DNA of 64,000 nucleotides from Candidatus Bandiella sp. (GTDB lineage Bacteria; Pseudomonadota; Alphaproteobacteria; Rickettsiales; Midichloriaceae): NCBI GenBank assembly GCA_965229725.1, contig OZ245923.1, positions 994,992 to 1,058,991 of the forward strand, read 5' to 3'. Shown piece by piece: positions 21,296 to 31,267 of this stretch (position 1 is its first letter; each line of letters starts with the position of its first letter). The notes under the pieces were generated by a model. It saw only the letters and a program-made list of their open reading frames with translations, ran no database searches and was not told where the DNA came from. The position numbers and the translations under genes were made by a program.

Positions 21296-21635
21296 GCTGG
21301 ATATCTATAAATTTGGTACAATTATCCTCATGTGATTTTTACACACTTACTCCTCATACAATGTACCAAAATTAAAGCTATTTCGCTATATTATTAAAAG
21401 TACCCCTTTTTGGAATAATAATTTTACTATTGCTTAATTTTTTTATTTGACTTTCTTTGAGTATGCTGAGGTTATTATTAAAATTAATTCTATTTTTGAT
21501 CAAAACTTTCTCCTTCCCAACCATAATTTTCATTTGACTTTTAACATAGTATCAAAGTTAAAAGGAGCATAATCAACCCTATTCAACGCAAAAATGTAAA
21601 AAAGTTAACTTGGAGAACAGAAATAGTTGTGCGCT

Positions 21636-23555
21636 CTAAGCGTTTTGCAATGCAGCAGAGGAATTGTCAGAATCACTGCTTGGCACAGAGGAAGTTGGAT
21701 GATTTTTGTCATCCTTATCTGATTTTTTATTGCTGCTTCGTATTTTCTTTCCTGATATCAAATCTTTTATTTCATCCCCAGTAATTGTTTCATACTCCAT
21801 TAATGCTTTTGCCAAAATTTCAAGTTTCTTTTTATGCTTTACAATGATATCTTTCGCAATTTTATAACTACTTCTTAGCAATCTATCAACTTCTTTATCA
21901 ACACTTTCAGCTAATTTATCTGAGATATCTTGGGACTTACTCATTCCATATCCCATTGCTGCATCCTCTTTATCATCACCAACCATTATAGGGCCAATTT
22001 TCTCACTAAATCCCCATTTGGTAACCATATTTTTTGCCATACTTGTAGCAACTTTAATATCATTTGATGCTCCAGTGGTGCTTTTTTCTTTTCCAAAAAT
22101 AACTTCTTCTGCAACCCTCCCTCCCATTAGAATTGCTAGTTTGGTTTCAAGCCATTGCTTACTATGCGACACCCTATCTCCCTCTGGAAGTTGCATAACC
22201 ATTCCTAAAGCTCGTCCTCTAGGAATTATAGTTGCCTTGTGAATAGGGTCAGATTCAGGTAAATATAACCCTACTAAGGCATGTCCACCTTCGTGATATG
22301 CTGTAATTTCCTTTTCTTTTTCCGACATTACCATCGATTTTCTCTCTGTACCCATCATCACTTTATCTTTAGCATGCTCTAATTCCTGCATGGTAACTAC
22401 ATCTCTATTTGATTGCGCTGCAGCAAGTGCTGCCTCATTTATTAAATTAGCAAGATCTGCTCCGGAAAACCCAGGTGTGCCACGAGCTATTACATTGGTA
22501 TCAACATCCGGAGCTGCAGGAACCTTTTTAATATGCACCTGCAATATTTGCTCCCTGCCCTTTATATCAGGAAGTGGAACATTGATTTGTCTATCAAACC
22601 TTCCAGGTCTAAGCAACGCTGAGTCTAAAACATCAGGTCTGTTGGTTGCAGCAACGACAATTATACCCTGATTATCAGCAAAACCGTCCATTTCTACAAG
22701 CAGTTGGTTCAAAGTTTGTTCACGCTCGTCATTTCCTCCGCCATGGCCTGAACCTCTATGGCGACCAACAGCATCAATTTCATCAATGAAGACAATGCAA
22801 GGTGCATGTTTTTTAGCCTGAGCAAACATGTCTCTCACTCTACTCGCCCCAACACCAACAAACATTTCAACAAAATCTGATCCTGAGATAGTAAAAAATG
22901 GAACACCAGCTTCCCCCGCCACTGCTCTTGCTAGCAATGTTTTACCAGTTCCTGGCGAACCTATAAGCAAACAACCTTTTGGAATTTTACCGCCCAGCTT
23001 GCCAAATTTTAATGGATTTTTTAAAAAATCAACAACCTCTTTCAGTTCATCTTTTGCCTCATCTATCCCTGCCACATCAGCAAATGTAACTTTTTTACTC
23101 TGATCCTGCATTAACTTAGCTTTTGATTTTCCAAAACCCATCGCTTTGCCTGCACCTCCCTGCATATTTTTCAAATAATAAATCCAAATGCCTATCAAGA
23201 CAATCATTGGCAACCATGAGAAGATCATTCCAAGTATGTTACCCATAGCTGACTCCATTGGAATAATATTGATCTTTACATTTTGAGCTCTTAAGTCATC
23301 AATGAGCTGAGGATAAAACCTTGGTGATAAAGTAATAAAGTATTCTCCGTTAGAAAGCTTACCTTCAATATCACTGCCTTTTATTTTTACTTCTTTGACT
23401 TCTCCACTTGACACCCTATCCATAAATTCAGAGAAAATCATCTTTTTATTGGATATGTTGGCTGTGTCTATAAGGCTATATGCAACAATCATCAAAAAAA
23501 TAATACCGATCCATTTTATTAAATTACTGTTGAAGCTGCTTTTAAAATCTTTCAT
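21636..23555 (-). CDS. ftsH: ATP-dependent zinc metalloprotease FtsH
   Basis: GSPGTGKT, second region of homology, HEGGH zinc motif, 2 TM segments. Confidence 0.98.
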   Translation of the reverse strand: MKDFKSSFNSNLIKWIGIIFLMIVAYSLIDTANISNKKMIFSEFMDRVSSGEVKEVKIKGSDIEGKLSNGEYFITLSPRFYPQLIDDLRAQNVKINIIPMESAMGNILGMIFSWLPMIVLIGIWIYYLKNMQGGAGKAMGFGKSKAKLMQDQSKKVTFADVAGIDEAKDELKEVVDFLKNPLKFGKLGGKIPKGCLLIGSPGTGKTLLARAVAGEAGVPFFTISGSDFVEMFVGVGASRVRDMFAQAKKHAPCIVFIDEIDAVGRHRGSGHGGGNDEREQTLNQLLVEMDGFADNQGIIVVAATNRPDVLDSALLRPGRFDRQINVPLPDIKGREQILQVHIKKVPAAPDVDTNVIARGTPGFSGADLANLINEAALAAAQSNRDVVTMQELEHAKDKVMMGTERKSMVMSEKEKEITAYHEGGHALVGLYLPESDPIHKATIIPRGRALGMVMQLPEGDRVSHSKQWLETKLAILMGGRVAEEVIFGKEKSTTGASNDIKVATSMAKNMVTKWGFSEKIGPIMVGDDKEDAAMGYGMSKSQDISDKLAESVDKEVDRLLRSSYKIAKDIIVKHKKKLEILAKALMEYETITGDEIKDLISGKKIRSSNKKSDKDDKNHPTSSVPSSDSDNSSAALQNA

Positions 23556-23656
23556 AACAAAATACTATATTTAAATTTATTTACTCGTTGTCCCAAATTA
23601 TTAGCTTCTAGCATAATATAAACCATTAATCATCAATTTTATACTAATACCTCAAA

Positions 23657-24490
23657 TTAAATAGTTATTAGGTGCCCACCTTTTTTTGCAAAATATAGGT
23701 TAATGATCTCAGCTGATATTTCCTCAATTGCTTTTGATGTTACATCTATAATGGGAAGATTATTTTTTTTAAAAATTCTATTCGCATATTTAATCTCATC
23801 CTTAATGCTTGTTACATCAGTATAGTCATTTTTGAAATTTTTTAAATCTTGCCCCATTAGCCTATACTGCCTTATTTGCAATAATCTTTCAATACTTATT
23901 GTTAACCCTATCACTAGGGGCTTGTTAATCGAAGAAAAATCATACTCAACACCATTTATGATTGGCCAATTTGCAACTTTATAGCCTCTTTGCGCTAGAT
24001 ATAATGACGTAGGTGACTTTGATGTTCTGGAAACTCCAGTCAAAAGGATATCTGCATTATTAAAATCTTTGCTTTGCTGACCATCATCATGATTCACTGT
24101 AAAATTAATTGTATCAATTTTCTTAAAATAATTTACATCAGATAATATTTCTTTCTCAGGAGTTTTTTTTGATGTTAGAACCCCACAATAAGAACATACT
24201 TCTGCAATTATATTCGCAATGGGAGAAAAGCATTTTACATTTAACTCTTTACATTTTAGCTTTAGATGCTCCCTTAATTCTTTATTGAGTATCGTATAAA
24301 TTACAATCCCAGGATTTTTTTCTAATGCTATTGCTATTTCATCTATTTGCTCTTTAGATCTTACCAAAGGCCACATATATTCTTGAACCATAATATTATC
24401 AAATTGGGAAATAACAGCTTTTGACACAGCAATAACCGTCTCACCTGAAGAATCTGAAACCGTGTATAAATTTAAATTTGGAAGATTCAT
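23657..24490 (-). CDS. ppsR: PEP synthase / pyruvate phosphate dikinase regulatory protein (DUF299)
   Basis: SDSSGET, HDDGQ, LTGVSRTSKSPTSLYLA. Confidence 0.92.
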   Translation of the reverse strand: MNLPNLNLYTVSDSSGETVIAVSKAVISQFDNIMVQEYMWPLVRSKEQIDEIAIALEKNPGIVIYTILNKELREHLKLKCKELNVKCFSPIANIIAEVCSYCGVLTSKKTPEKEILSDVNYFKKIDTINFTVNHDDGQQSKDFNNADILLTGVSRTSKSPTSLYLAQRGYKVANWPIINGVEYDFSSINKPLVIGLTISIERLLQIRQYRLMGQDLKNFKNDYTDVTSIKDEIKYANRIFKKNNLPIIDVTSKAIEEISAEIINLYFAKKGGHLITI

Positions 24491-24592
24491 TAAATACTAA
24501 TCAATAGTTTTTATATTATAGTATTTAGTTATAAAAGCTTGCATTTCAATGTATAAATATTATTATTTCCTAACTAACGTAAAAATAACTAC

Positions 24593-25072
24593 ATGAAAAA
24601 GCTTGTCATCATATTATTGTTTCCAATCTTTTTACTACCTGGTTGCTTTACAAATGAAGCTGGCAAAGTTAGTAAATCAAAAATGGGTGCTATTGGAGGC
24701 GGTATAGCCGGCGCTTTAATTGGCTCCACTGTTGGGGGAGGAAGTGGCAAAAGTATTGCTATAGCAACAGGTGCAATCGTCGGGTCACTTGCTGGAAGTG
24801 AATTAGGAAAAACCCTAGATCAAAGGGATTTAGAATTGCAACAAAAAAATCAAATTAACGCTTTAGAATATAATAAATCAGGCAATGCGTCTGCTTGGAA
24901 AAATCCTGACACTAATGCTTCTGGATATGTGAAGCCCACTAATACTTTTGTAGATAATAAGGGGCAAAATTGTAGAGAGTATACTCAGGTGATAAAAATT
25001 GGCGATAAAGCTGAAAAAGGATTTGGCACTGCATGCAGAAGATCAGATGGTTCTTGGGAAATAGTTAAATAA
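24593..25072 (+). CDS. Rickettsial 17-kDa surface antigen-type lipoprotein
   Basis: Lipobox LPGC, glycine zipper, WKNPDTNASG, CREYTQ..IG..GTACRRSDGSWEIV. Confidence 0.9.
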   Translation: MKKLVIILLFPIFLLPGCFTNEAGKVSKSKMGAIGGGIAGALIGSTVGGGSGKSIAIATGAIVGSLAGSELGKTLDQRDLELQQKNQINALEYNKSGNASAWKNPDTNASGYVKPTNTFVDNKGQNCREYTQVIKIGDKAEKGFGTACRRSDGSWEIVK

Positions 25073-25088
25073 TATAGTAATACATAAT

Positions 25089-25892
25089 ATGAGCAATATG
25101 AATCAAATGTTATCAGGTAAAGTTGGCTTAATAATGGGCTTAGCAAACGATAAATCTATATCATGGGGTATTGCAAAAGTTTGTAATAATCATGGTGCAA
25201 AGTTTGCAATTAGTTATCAAAATGAAATACTTGCAAAAAGGGTTAAACCACTTGCGGAAGAATTGAAATCTGATTTACTAATAGAATGTGACATAAGTGA
25301 TGAAAAATCGATTGATAGGGCATTTGAATTGATCAAAAAGCAATACGGCCACATTGATTTTTTTGTGCATGCAATAGCATTTTCTGATAAAAATGAACTT
25401 AAAGGTCGTTATGTTGATACTTCCAGAAGCAATTTTTTAAATACCTTAGACGTCTCTTGCTATTCTTTTGTATATACATCAAAAAAAGCTGCAGAAATTT
25501 TGAAACCTGGTGGAAGTATTTTGACATTAACTTATTACGGAGCTGAAAAAGTTATTCCAAATTATAATGTGATGGGTATTGCAAAAGCTGCACTTGAATC
25601 AAGTGTTAAGTATATAGCTGCAGATTTAGGTGAACTAGACATAAGAGTTAATGCAATATCAGCTGGACCAATTAAAACTTTAGCTGCGGCTGGTATTGGG
25701 GACTTCCGAAGCATGTTGAAATTTAACGAAGAAAACTCTCCTCTTAAAAAGAATGTTACAATTTATGATGTGGGGAATACGGCAGCATTCTTGCTAAGTG
25801 ATTTATCATCAAGCATTACCGGTGAAATTATATTTGTAGATGCTGGATATAATATTTTAGGCTCACCAAGATCGCTTTATAACCAAACCTAG
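25089..25892 (+). CDS. fabI: Enoyl-ACP reductase FabI
   Basis: GLANDKSISWG, YNVMGIAKAALE, SAGPIKTLAA. Confidence 0.97.
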   Translation: MSNMNQMLSGKVGLIMGLANDKSISWGIAKVCNNHGAKFAISYQNEILAKRVKPLAEELKSDLLIECDISDEKSIDRAFELIKKQYGHIDFFVHAIAFSDKNELKGRYVDTSRSNFLNTLDVSCYSFVYTSKKAAEILKPGGSILTLTYYGAEKVIPNYNVMGIAKAALESSVKYIAADLGELDIRVNAISAGPIKTLAAAGIGDFRSMLKFNEENSPLKKNVTIYDVGNTAAFLLSDLSSSITGEIIFVDAGYNILGSPRSLYNQT

Positions 25893-25900
25893 ATTTTATT

Positions 25901-26071
25901 ATGAAAAAAATAGTTATTATTTGCCTGTTACTTATCTGTCTTATTGGATGCAAACCAAAAGACCCATCAGTATATGATATCAAAAGTCCATGCGCTTCAA
26001 GTAAAAAAATGTATACAAATGGTCATGAACCATGTATTAAGAGAACACCTATTGGAAACAAATTAGCATAA
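25901..26071 (+). CDS. Small lipoprotein, DUF2706-like (56 aa, below the ORF-track cutoff)
   Basis: MKKIVIICLLLICLIGCKPKDPSVYDIKSPCASSKKMYTNGHEPCIKRTPIGNKLA; lipobox LIGC, KSPC..PCIKRTP. Confidence 0.75.
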   Translation: MKKIVIICLLLICLIGCKPKDPSVYDIKSPCASSKKMYTNGHEPCIKRTPIGNKLA

Positions 26072-26077
26072 TATAAA

Positions 26078-26494
26078 ATGGAAAAAACACTTAGTATAAT
26101 AAAACCAGATGCAACTAAGAGAAATTTAACTGGTGCAATTAATAGTAAACTTGAAGGATGTGGTTTAAGGATTGTAGCCCAAAAAAGAATCCTACTAACA
26201 GAAAATCAAGCGAAATTATTTTACTATGCACATAAAGACAGACCATTTTTTCAAAGTCTTGTTGATTTTATGATTTCTGGACCTGTGGTTGTTCAAGTGC
26301 TTGAGGGAGAAAACGCAGTAGCTAAAAATAGAGAAATCATGGGAGCAACTAACCCTGAAGAAGCTCAAGAAGGAAGCATCAGAAAAGATTTTGCTGAAAA
26401 CATAGAGGCTAATTCAGTACATGGCTCTGATTCAATTGAAAATGCAAAGAACGAAATTGCATTTTTCTTTAGTGAATCTGAAATCGTAGGATAA
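26078..26494 (+). CDS. ndk: Nucleoside diphosphate kinase
   Basis: [19 protein letters not shown]. Confidence 0.98.
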   Translation: MEKTLSIIKPDATKRNLTGAINSKLEGCGLRIVAQKRILLTENQAKLFYYAHKDRPFFQSLVDFMISGPVVVQVLEGENAVAKNREIMGATNPEEAQEGSIRKDFAENIEANSVHGSDSIENAKNEIAFFFSESEIVG

Positions 26495-26567
26495 ATTTTA
26501 TTTAATTATTAAATAAAAAAGTTTTGTCATAGCCTAATCCATATGCTATAACTTCCAAAGTAGTAAT

Positions 26568-26643
26568 GGTCCCGTAGCTCAGTTGGTAGAGCGACTGACT
26601 TTTAATCAGTAGGTCACAAGTTCGAATCTTGTCGGGATCACCA
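26568..26643 (+). tRNA. tRNA-Lys(UUU)
   Basis: Cloverleaf, anticodon arm ACTGA-CTTTTAA-TCAGT, T-loop GTTCGAATC, encoded CCA. Confidence 0.97.
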
Positions 26644-26812
26644 TCATTCCAATCTCGCTATAGAGAAAACAATAAATCTCAAGTATCATAGAATAGCTTT
26701 CACGAAGAAAGAGAGATTTGAACATTAGCAAAAATATTAATACAAATTTTTCTTGCAATTTTCATAAAAGCGCTGCCTAATATTTGTACTATATAAATTG
26801 GGATAGGGCATT

Positions 26813-28825
26813 ATGAACAATAATAAACTCACAAGACATCAAAAAGAGGCCATTGGTCTGCTTTCAATTGGTACTTTCTTGGAATACTTTGATTTAATGC
26901 TATATGTCCATATGGCAGTTCTCTTGAATGAGTTATTTTTTCCTCAAGGTGACCCTGCGGTTGCTAAGTTACTTAGTGCTTTGGCACTGTCCATAACCTT
27001 TTTTTTTAGACCAATTGGAGCAATTTTAATTGGAATGGTTGGAGATCATATAGGGAGGAAACATACTATAATTATCACCACATTTATAATGGGATTATCT
27101 TGCTTTATTATGGCAAATTTAGGAACTTATGCAGAAATTGGCATAGCTGCTAGTATTGGAATCATTCTGTGCAGAATCTTGCAAAGTTTTTCATCTTTAG
27201 GTGAGATCATTGGTGCTCAATTATATATTTCTGAAATTTTAAGAAGGCCGCATAAATTCGTAGCTAGTGGAATAATAGAGATCAGTGCAAGTACAGGTGG
27301 CTTAGCAGCTTTGATTATAGCATTATTTTCTACATATTTCGCTCTAAATTGGAGATTAGCTTTTTGGTTTGGTCTTCTTGTTTCACTTGTTGGACTTATT
27401 GCAAGGACAAGATTGAGGGAAACACCTGATTTTGCTAATTATAAACAACGAATGAAAATTAAAGATGAAATGAGTGGCTATAAGCTTGAAGATAAAGTTA
27501 ATTTACAAAAAGAAATGATAGACAAAAAATTAGCATTAGCTTACTTCATATTTTCTTCTATTATTCCAATGTGCTTTTATATTACATATATATATATGGG
27601 TGATGTAATGAAAAAATATTTGGAAATGAGCTTTAACACAATAATTACGCAAAATCTAAAAATCAGTATTTTGACAATACTAGGAACTATTGTCTCAATC
27701 TTGTTTATGAAAAAAACTCATCCTATTAATGTATTGCGGTTTTCATTGCTAGTTTTTCTTATTTTTCTTCCGTTCATTCCTTATTTGCTAAATAATTTAT
27801 TGAATATTTACACACTAACGTTAGTGCAAGTTATTTTGTTCCTTCCAGCTATATCAGTTTTTGGAATGGAAATTTGTTGTTTTATATATATACCAATTAA
27901 CAGGCGATTTTCATTTTTTGCTTTATTATTTGGGTTGTCTGGAGCACTATCATTTACTGTATTTAGCTTTTTCTTAATATATATAGAACGTTATATTGGT
28001 TTTTATTCTATTTGGATAATATATCTTTTAATTGGTTTTGGAGCATTTTTAAGCATGAGTTATCTCAAAAAACTAGAAATAAAACGAGGGTCGTATCATA
28101 ACTACCCACATGAGGATTTTCCACATGACGATACTGCAGGGAAAGAGGAAGATTATGATTATGAAGACTTGGGAGATGAGTATGAGCCATTCAGTCATAG
28201 GTGTATGTACTCAACAAAGTTAATGAATAAGTTGGATGAATTTAGCAAGGAAAAGAATGTGAAGCTAAATATGAAACTGATAGAAAAAGCCGTTACATTT
28301 GCTAAGAAATGGCATGATAAGCAGATGCGAAAAACAGGAGATCACCCATTTTACTTTCATCCACTCAAGGTAGCTGAGATGGTGGCAGAGCGTTATTGCA
28401 AAACGGATGTGATAGTTGCTGCAATATTGCATGATACAGTGGAAGATTCAGAATGTACTGTGGGGCTGATAGAGGAGAAGTTTAATGTTCGTATTGCTCA
28501 AATAGTGGATAGGTTAACGAATAAGAGATTTGAAAATGGAAAGCACATAAAGCTTAGTTTTGAAGAAACCATAAATAGATTGCAAAAATTGGGTGATGAT
28601 GAAGCGCTGTTTATAAAGCAAATGGACAGACAGCACAACTTGGAAACGATAAAAGGGTTGAGCCCTCATAAACAACAAAAGATGGCGCATGAAACTCATA
28701 ATTATTTTATAAAACTAATAGCTATAATTGGAGATAGGCTGAATATTCATGGTAAAATGCGTCTTGAAAACAAAATGTTTAAATCCTGTCATGATATTTT
28801 AAAGAAGAAAAAGAATGATTTTTGA
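26813..28825 (+). CDS. ProP-like MFS transporter fused to a C-terminal RelA/SpoT-type HD hydrolase domain
   Basis: GTFLEYFD, RPIGA, ETPDF (MHS family), then an acidic linker, then WHDKQMRKTG..FHP..VA, ILHDTVED, KQMDRQHN. Confidence 0.92.
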   Translation: MNNNKLTRHQKEAIGLLSIGTFLEYFDLMLYVHMAVLLNELFFPQGDPAVAKLLSALALSITFFFRPIGAILIGMVGDHIGRKHTIIITTFIMGLSCFIMANLGTYAEIGIAASIGIILCRILQSFSSLGEIIGAQLYISEILRRPHKFVASGIIEISASTGGLAALIIALFSTYFALNWRLAFWFGLLVSLVGLIARTRLRETPDFANYKQRMKIKDEMSGYKLEDKVNLQKEMIDKKLALAYFIFSSIIPMCFYITYIYMGDVMKKYLEMSFNTIITQNLKISILTILGTIVSILFMKKTHPINVLRFSLLVFLIFLPFIPYLLNNLLNIYTLTLVQVILFLPAISVFGMEICCFIYIPINRRFSFFALLFGLSGALSFTVFSFFLIYIERYIGFYSIWIIYLLIGFGAFLSMSYLKKLEIKRGSYHNYPHEDFPHDDTAGKEEDYDYEDLGDEYEPFSHRCMYSTKLMNKLDEFSKEKNVKLNMKLIEKAVTFAKKWHDKQMRKTGDHPFYFHPLKVAEMVAERYCKTDVIVAAILHDTVEDSECTVGLIEEKFNVRIAQIVDRLTNKRFENGKHIKLSFEETINRLQKLGDDEALFIKQMDRQHNLETIKGLSPHKQQKMAHETHNYFIKLIAIIGDRLNIHGKMRLENKMFKSCHDILKKKKNDF

Positions 28826-28880
28826 AAAAATTCCACTGTTTTATATTTATTTATTTTGCTCCTAAATAAGCCCAAATTTA

Positions 28881-28909
28881 TTGACATAATGCAAAACTAA
28901 ATGTAAGAC
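28881..28909 (+). promoter_or_regulatory. Promoter of tRNA-Gly-tuf
   Basis: TTGACA, 17-nt spacer, TAAGAC, 30 nt before the tRNA. Confidence 0.55.
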
Positions 28910-28939
28910 TTTCATATAAAATATGGTTATAGCTTTTTA

Positions 28940-29013
28940 GCGGATGTAGCTCAATGGTAGAGCCCCAGCCTTCCAAGCTGGTTATGTGGGTTCGATTCCC
29001 GTCATCCGCTCCA
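28940..29013 (+). tRNA. tRNA-Gly(UCC)
   Basis: GCGGATG..CATCCGC acceptor stem, anticodon arm CCAGC-CTTCCAA-GCTGG, CCA end. Confidence 0.97.
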
Positions 29014-29056
29014 ATATAACTGTGGGGCCAAGAAAAATAAAAAAGGAGAAATAAAA

Positions 29057-30238
29057 ATGGCAGAAGGAAAATTTGAAAGAAACAAACCGCATGTTAACAC
29101 CGGGACAATAGGGCATGTGGATCATGGGAAAACAACATTGACAGCAGCAATAACAAAGTATTTTGGGAAGAAGGCGATAAACTATGATGAAATAGATAAG
29201 GCGCCGGAAGAGAAGGAGAGGGGGATAACAATCAACTCAGCGCATGTAGAGTATGAGACAGAAAGCAGGCACTATGCGCATGTAGATTGCCCTGGGCATG
29301 CAGATTATGTGAAGAACATGATCACAGGAGCGGCTCAGATGGATGGGGCGATATTGGTGGTGAGTGCGGTAGATGGTCCGATGCCACAAACAAGAGAGCA
29401 TATATTATTGGCGAAGCAAGTAGGGATAGCAACATTGGTGGTATTTCTAAACAAAGTGGACATGGTGGAAGATGAGGAGTTATTGGAATTGGTGGAAATG
29501 GAAGTAAGGGAGCTACTAAGTAAGTATGGATTTGATGGAGATGCAGCAAAAGTGGTGAAAGGATCAGCACTTAAAGCGTTGACGGAAGAAGGAAGTGAAG
29601 TGGGAGAGAAGGCAATAAGAGAATTGATGAAGGTGGTAGATGAGACAATAGAGATGCCAAAAAGAGATATAGAAAAACCATTTTTAATGCCAATAGAAGA
29701 TGTGTTTTCAATATCAGGGCGTGGTACAGTGGTGACAGGAAGAATAGAGCAAGGTAAGGTTAAGGTTGGAGAAGAAATAGAGATAATAGGAATAAGGGAG
29801 GAGAATAAGAAGACCATATGCACAGGCGTAGAGATGTTTAAGAAAGAGCTCGATGAAGGTATGGCGGGAGATAATGCAGGATTATTACTAAGAGGAATAG
29901 CGAAGGAGGAAGTGGAGAGAGGACAAGTGTTAGCAAAGCCAAAAAGCATAACGCCACATACGAAGTTTAAAGCGGAAGTGTATGTGCTTAAGAAAGACGA
30001 AGGAGGAAGGCACACTCCATTTTTTAAGAACTATAGACCTCAATTCTATTTTAGAACAACAGATGTAACAGGAACTGTGGAGTTGAAGGAAGGTGTGGAA
30101 ATGGTGATGCCGGGAGATAATACAGAGATAGTGGTGGAATTAATAGCGCCTATAGCAATGGATAAGGGTTTGAAGTTTGCTATTAGGGAAGGCGGAAAGA
30201 CTGTCGGTGCTGGCGTTGTAGCTGAAATCATTAAATAA
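29057..30238 (+). CDS. tuf: Elongation factor Tu
   Basis: [21 protein letters not shown]; 393 aa. Confidence 0.99.
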   Translation: MAEGKFERNKPHVNTGTIGHVDHGKTTLTAAITKYFGKKAINYDEIDKAPEEKERGITINSAHVEYETESRHYAHVDCPGHADYVKNMITGAAQMDGAILVVSAVDGPMPQTREHILLAKQVGIATLVVFLNKVDMVEDEELLELVEMEVRELLSKYGFDGDAAKVVKGSALKALTEEGSEVGEKAIRELMKVVDETIEMPKRDIEKPFLMPIEDVFSISGRGTVVTGRIEQGKVKVGEEIEIIGIREENKKTICTGVEMFKKELDEGMAGDNAGLLLRGIAKEEVERGQVLAKPKSITPHTKFKAEVYVLKKDEGGRHTPFFKNYRPQFYFRTTDVTGTVELKEGVEMVMPGDNTEIVVELIAPIAMDKGLKFAIREGGKTVGAGVVAEIIK

Positions 30239-30337
30239 TTTAGGAGTCCTTATATGAATTTCCCAGAATCGATAGAATTAAAATTAAAGGTTTCTAAAAA
30301 GATTTAAAAGAGATAGCTATATTTTTGAAGTCTAAAA

Positions 30338-30363
30338 AAGGTATTCATATAAATGAATACCTT
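30338..30363. terminator. Perfect 11-bp hairpin downstream of tuf (terminator-like)
   Basis: AAGGTATTCAT-ATAA-ATGAATACCTT. Confidence 0.5.
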
Positions 30364-30499
30364 CTATCAAATCAAAAGATGTAGTGGGGGGTGATATACA
30401 AAACTTTTTTAATAGGGCAACATTAAATATTTCAATATTTTTATGAAACTACAATACTTTTTTAGTGTTAGGTTTGTACGTTTGATGAGCTTATTTAAA

Positions 30500-31164
30500 A
30501 CCTTAGTTCGGAGTTTTAGAAAGCAACTTTAGAGCAGATATCTTGAGAGGTTCGATAGTGTAGGCAGCAAGAGTGGCAAGCAAGTGAGATAGAGCGTTAA
30601 TAATAGAGCGATGCCTAGTATGCCATATTTGATAATGATGTTTTGGATGATCAAATACAGTTTCAATAATACAGCGTTGATTTAGTAGCTGCTTTTCCAA
30701 TGCAGTTATAGGCTCTGCATCCCTTGATAATCCTTCATATTTTTACGTTTTCTAGTAATAAGTTTCAATGCTCCTTCCATAAGCTCTTCTGATAATTTTT
30801 TACCAATGTAGCCCTTATCTCCAAAAGCCAACTCCTTTAATTTTGAAAGAAGTGGATAGGCAGCTTTTACATCACTGACATTTCCCTTTGTAATTTTGAA
30901 GGCAATTAATTGTCCTTCATTGTTAATAACTAAATATAATTTTAGGCCAAAAAACCATCCTACGAATGTTTTCCCATATTCAGATGTTCCATTAAATACT
31001 TTATGTCTTTTACTCCTCTTTAAATGGCATACTGGTAAGCAAGCTCCATCAATATAATAAATCCCACTTTTCTTACCATTTTTAACAGCACTGTACATTG
31101 TAAATGCCATAATGCTATACTTTACAAGCTCAATAAATCTATTATAACTTGGTAATTTAGGGAA
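30500..31164 (-). mobile_element. IS982-family remnant (5'-truncated, frameshifted)
   Basis: LPSYNRFIEL, YIDGACLPVCH, GWFFGLKL, GDKGY, RCIIETV; end ACCTTAGTTCGGAG. Confidence 0.9.
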
Positions 31165-31267
31165 TATACTGTTTATTGCTTCTGGGAATCCTTTTAAACC
31201 ATCTGCACATACTATAAGCATATCTTTCATCCCTCTATTCTGTAAATCAGTTAAAACTGATAGCCAA
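31156..31267 (-). mobile_element. IS256-family internal fragment fused in frame to IS982
   Basis: WLSVLTDLQNRGMKDMLIVCADGLKGFPEAINSIFPK. Confidence 0.85.

Noticed and set aside
26600-28940. tRNA-Lys as an integration site with att duplication
   Set aside because: No repeat of the tRNA 3' end found downstream, and no integrase
29287-30231. Several ORFs overlapping tuf, including a 226-aa antisense ORF
   Set aside because: By-product of the purine bias of tuf, which removes antisense stops; no recognisable motifs
30254-30307. Short ORF MNFPESIELKLKVSKKI with an AGGAG RBS after tuf
   Set aside because: 17 aa, not recognisable as rpsJ or secE; no support beyond the RBS
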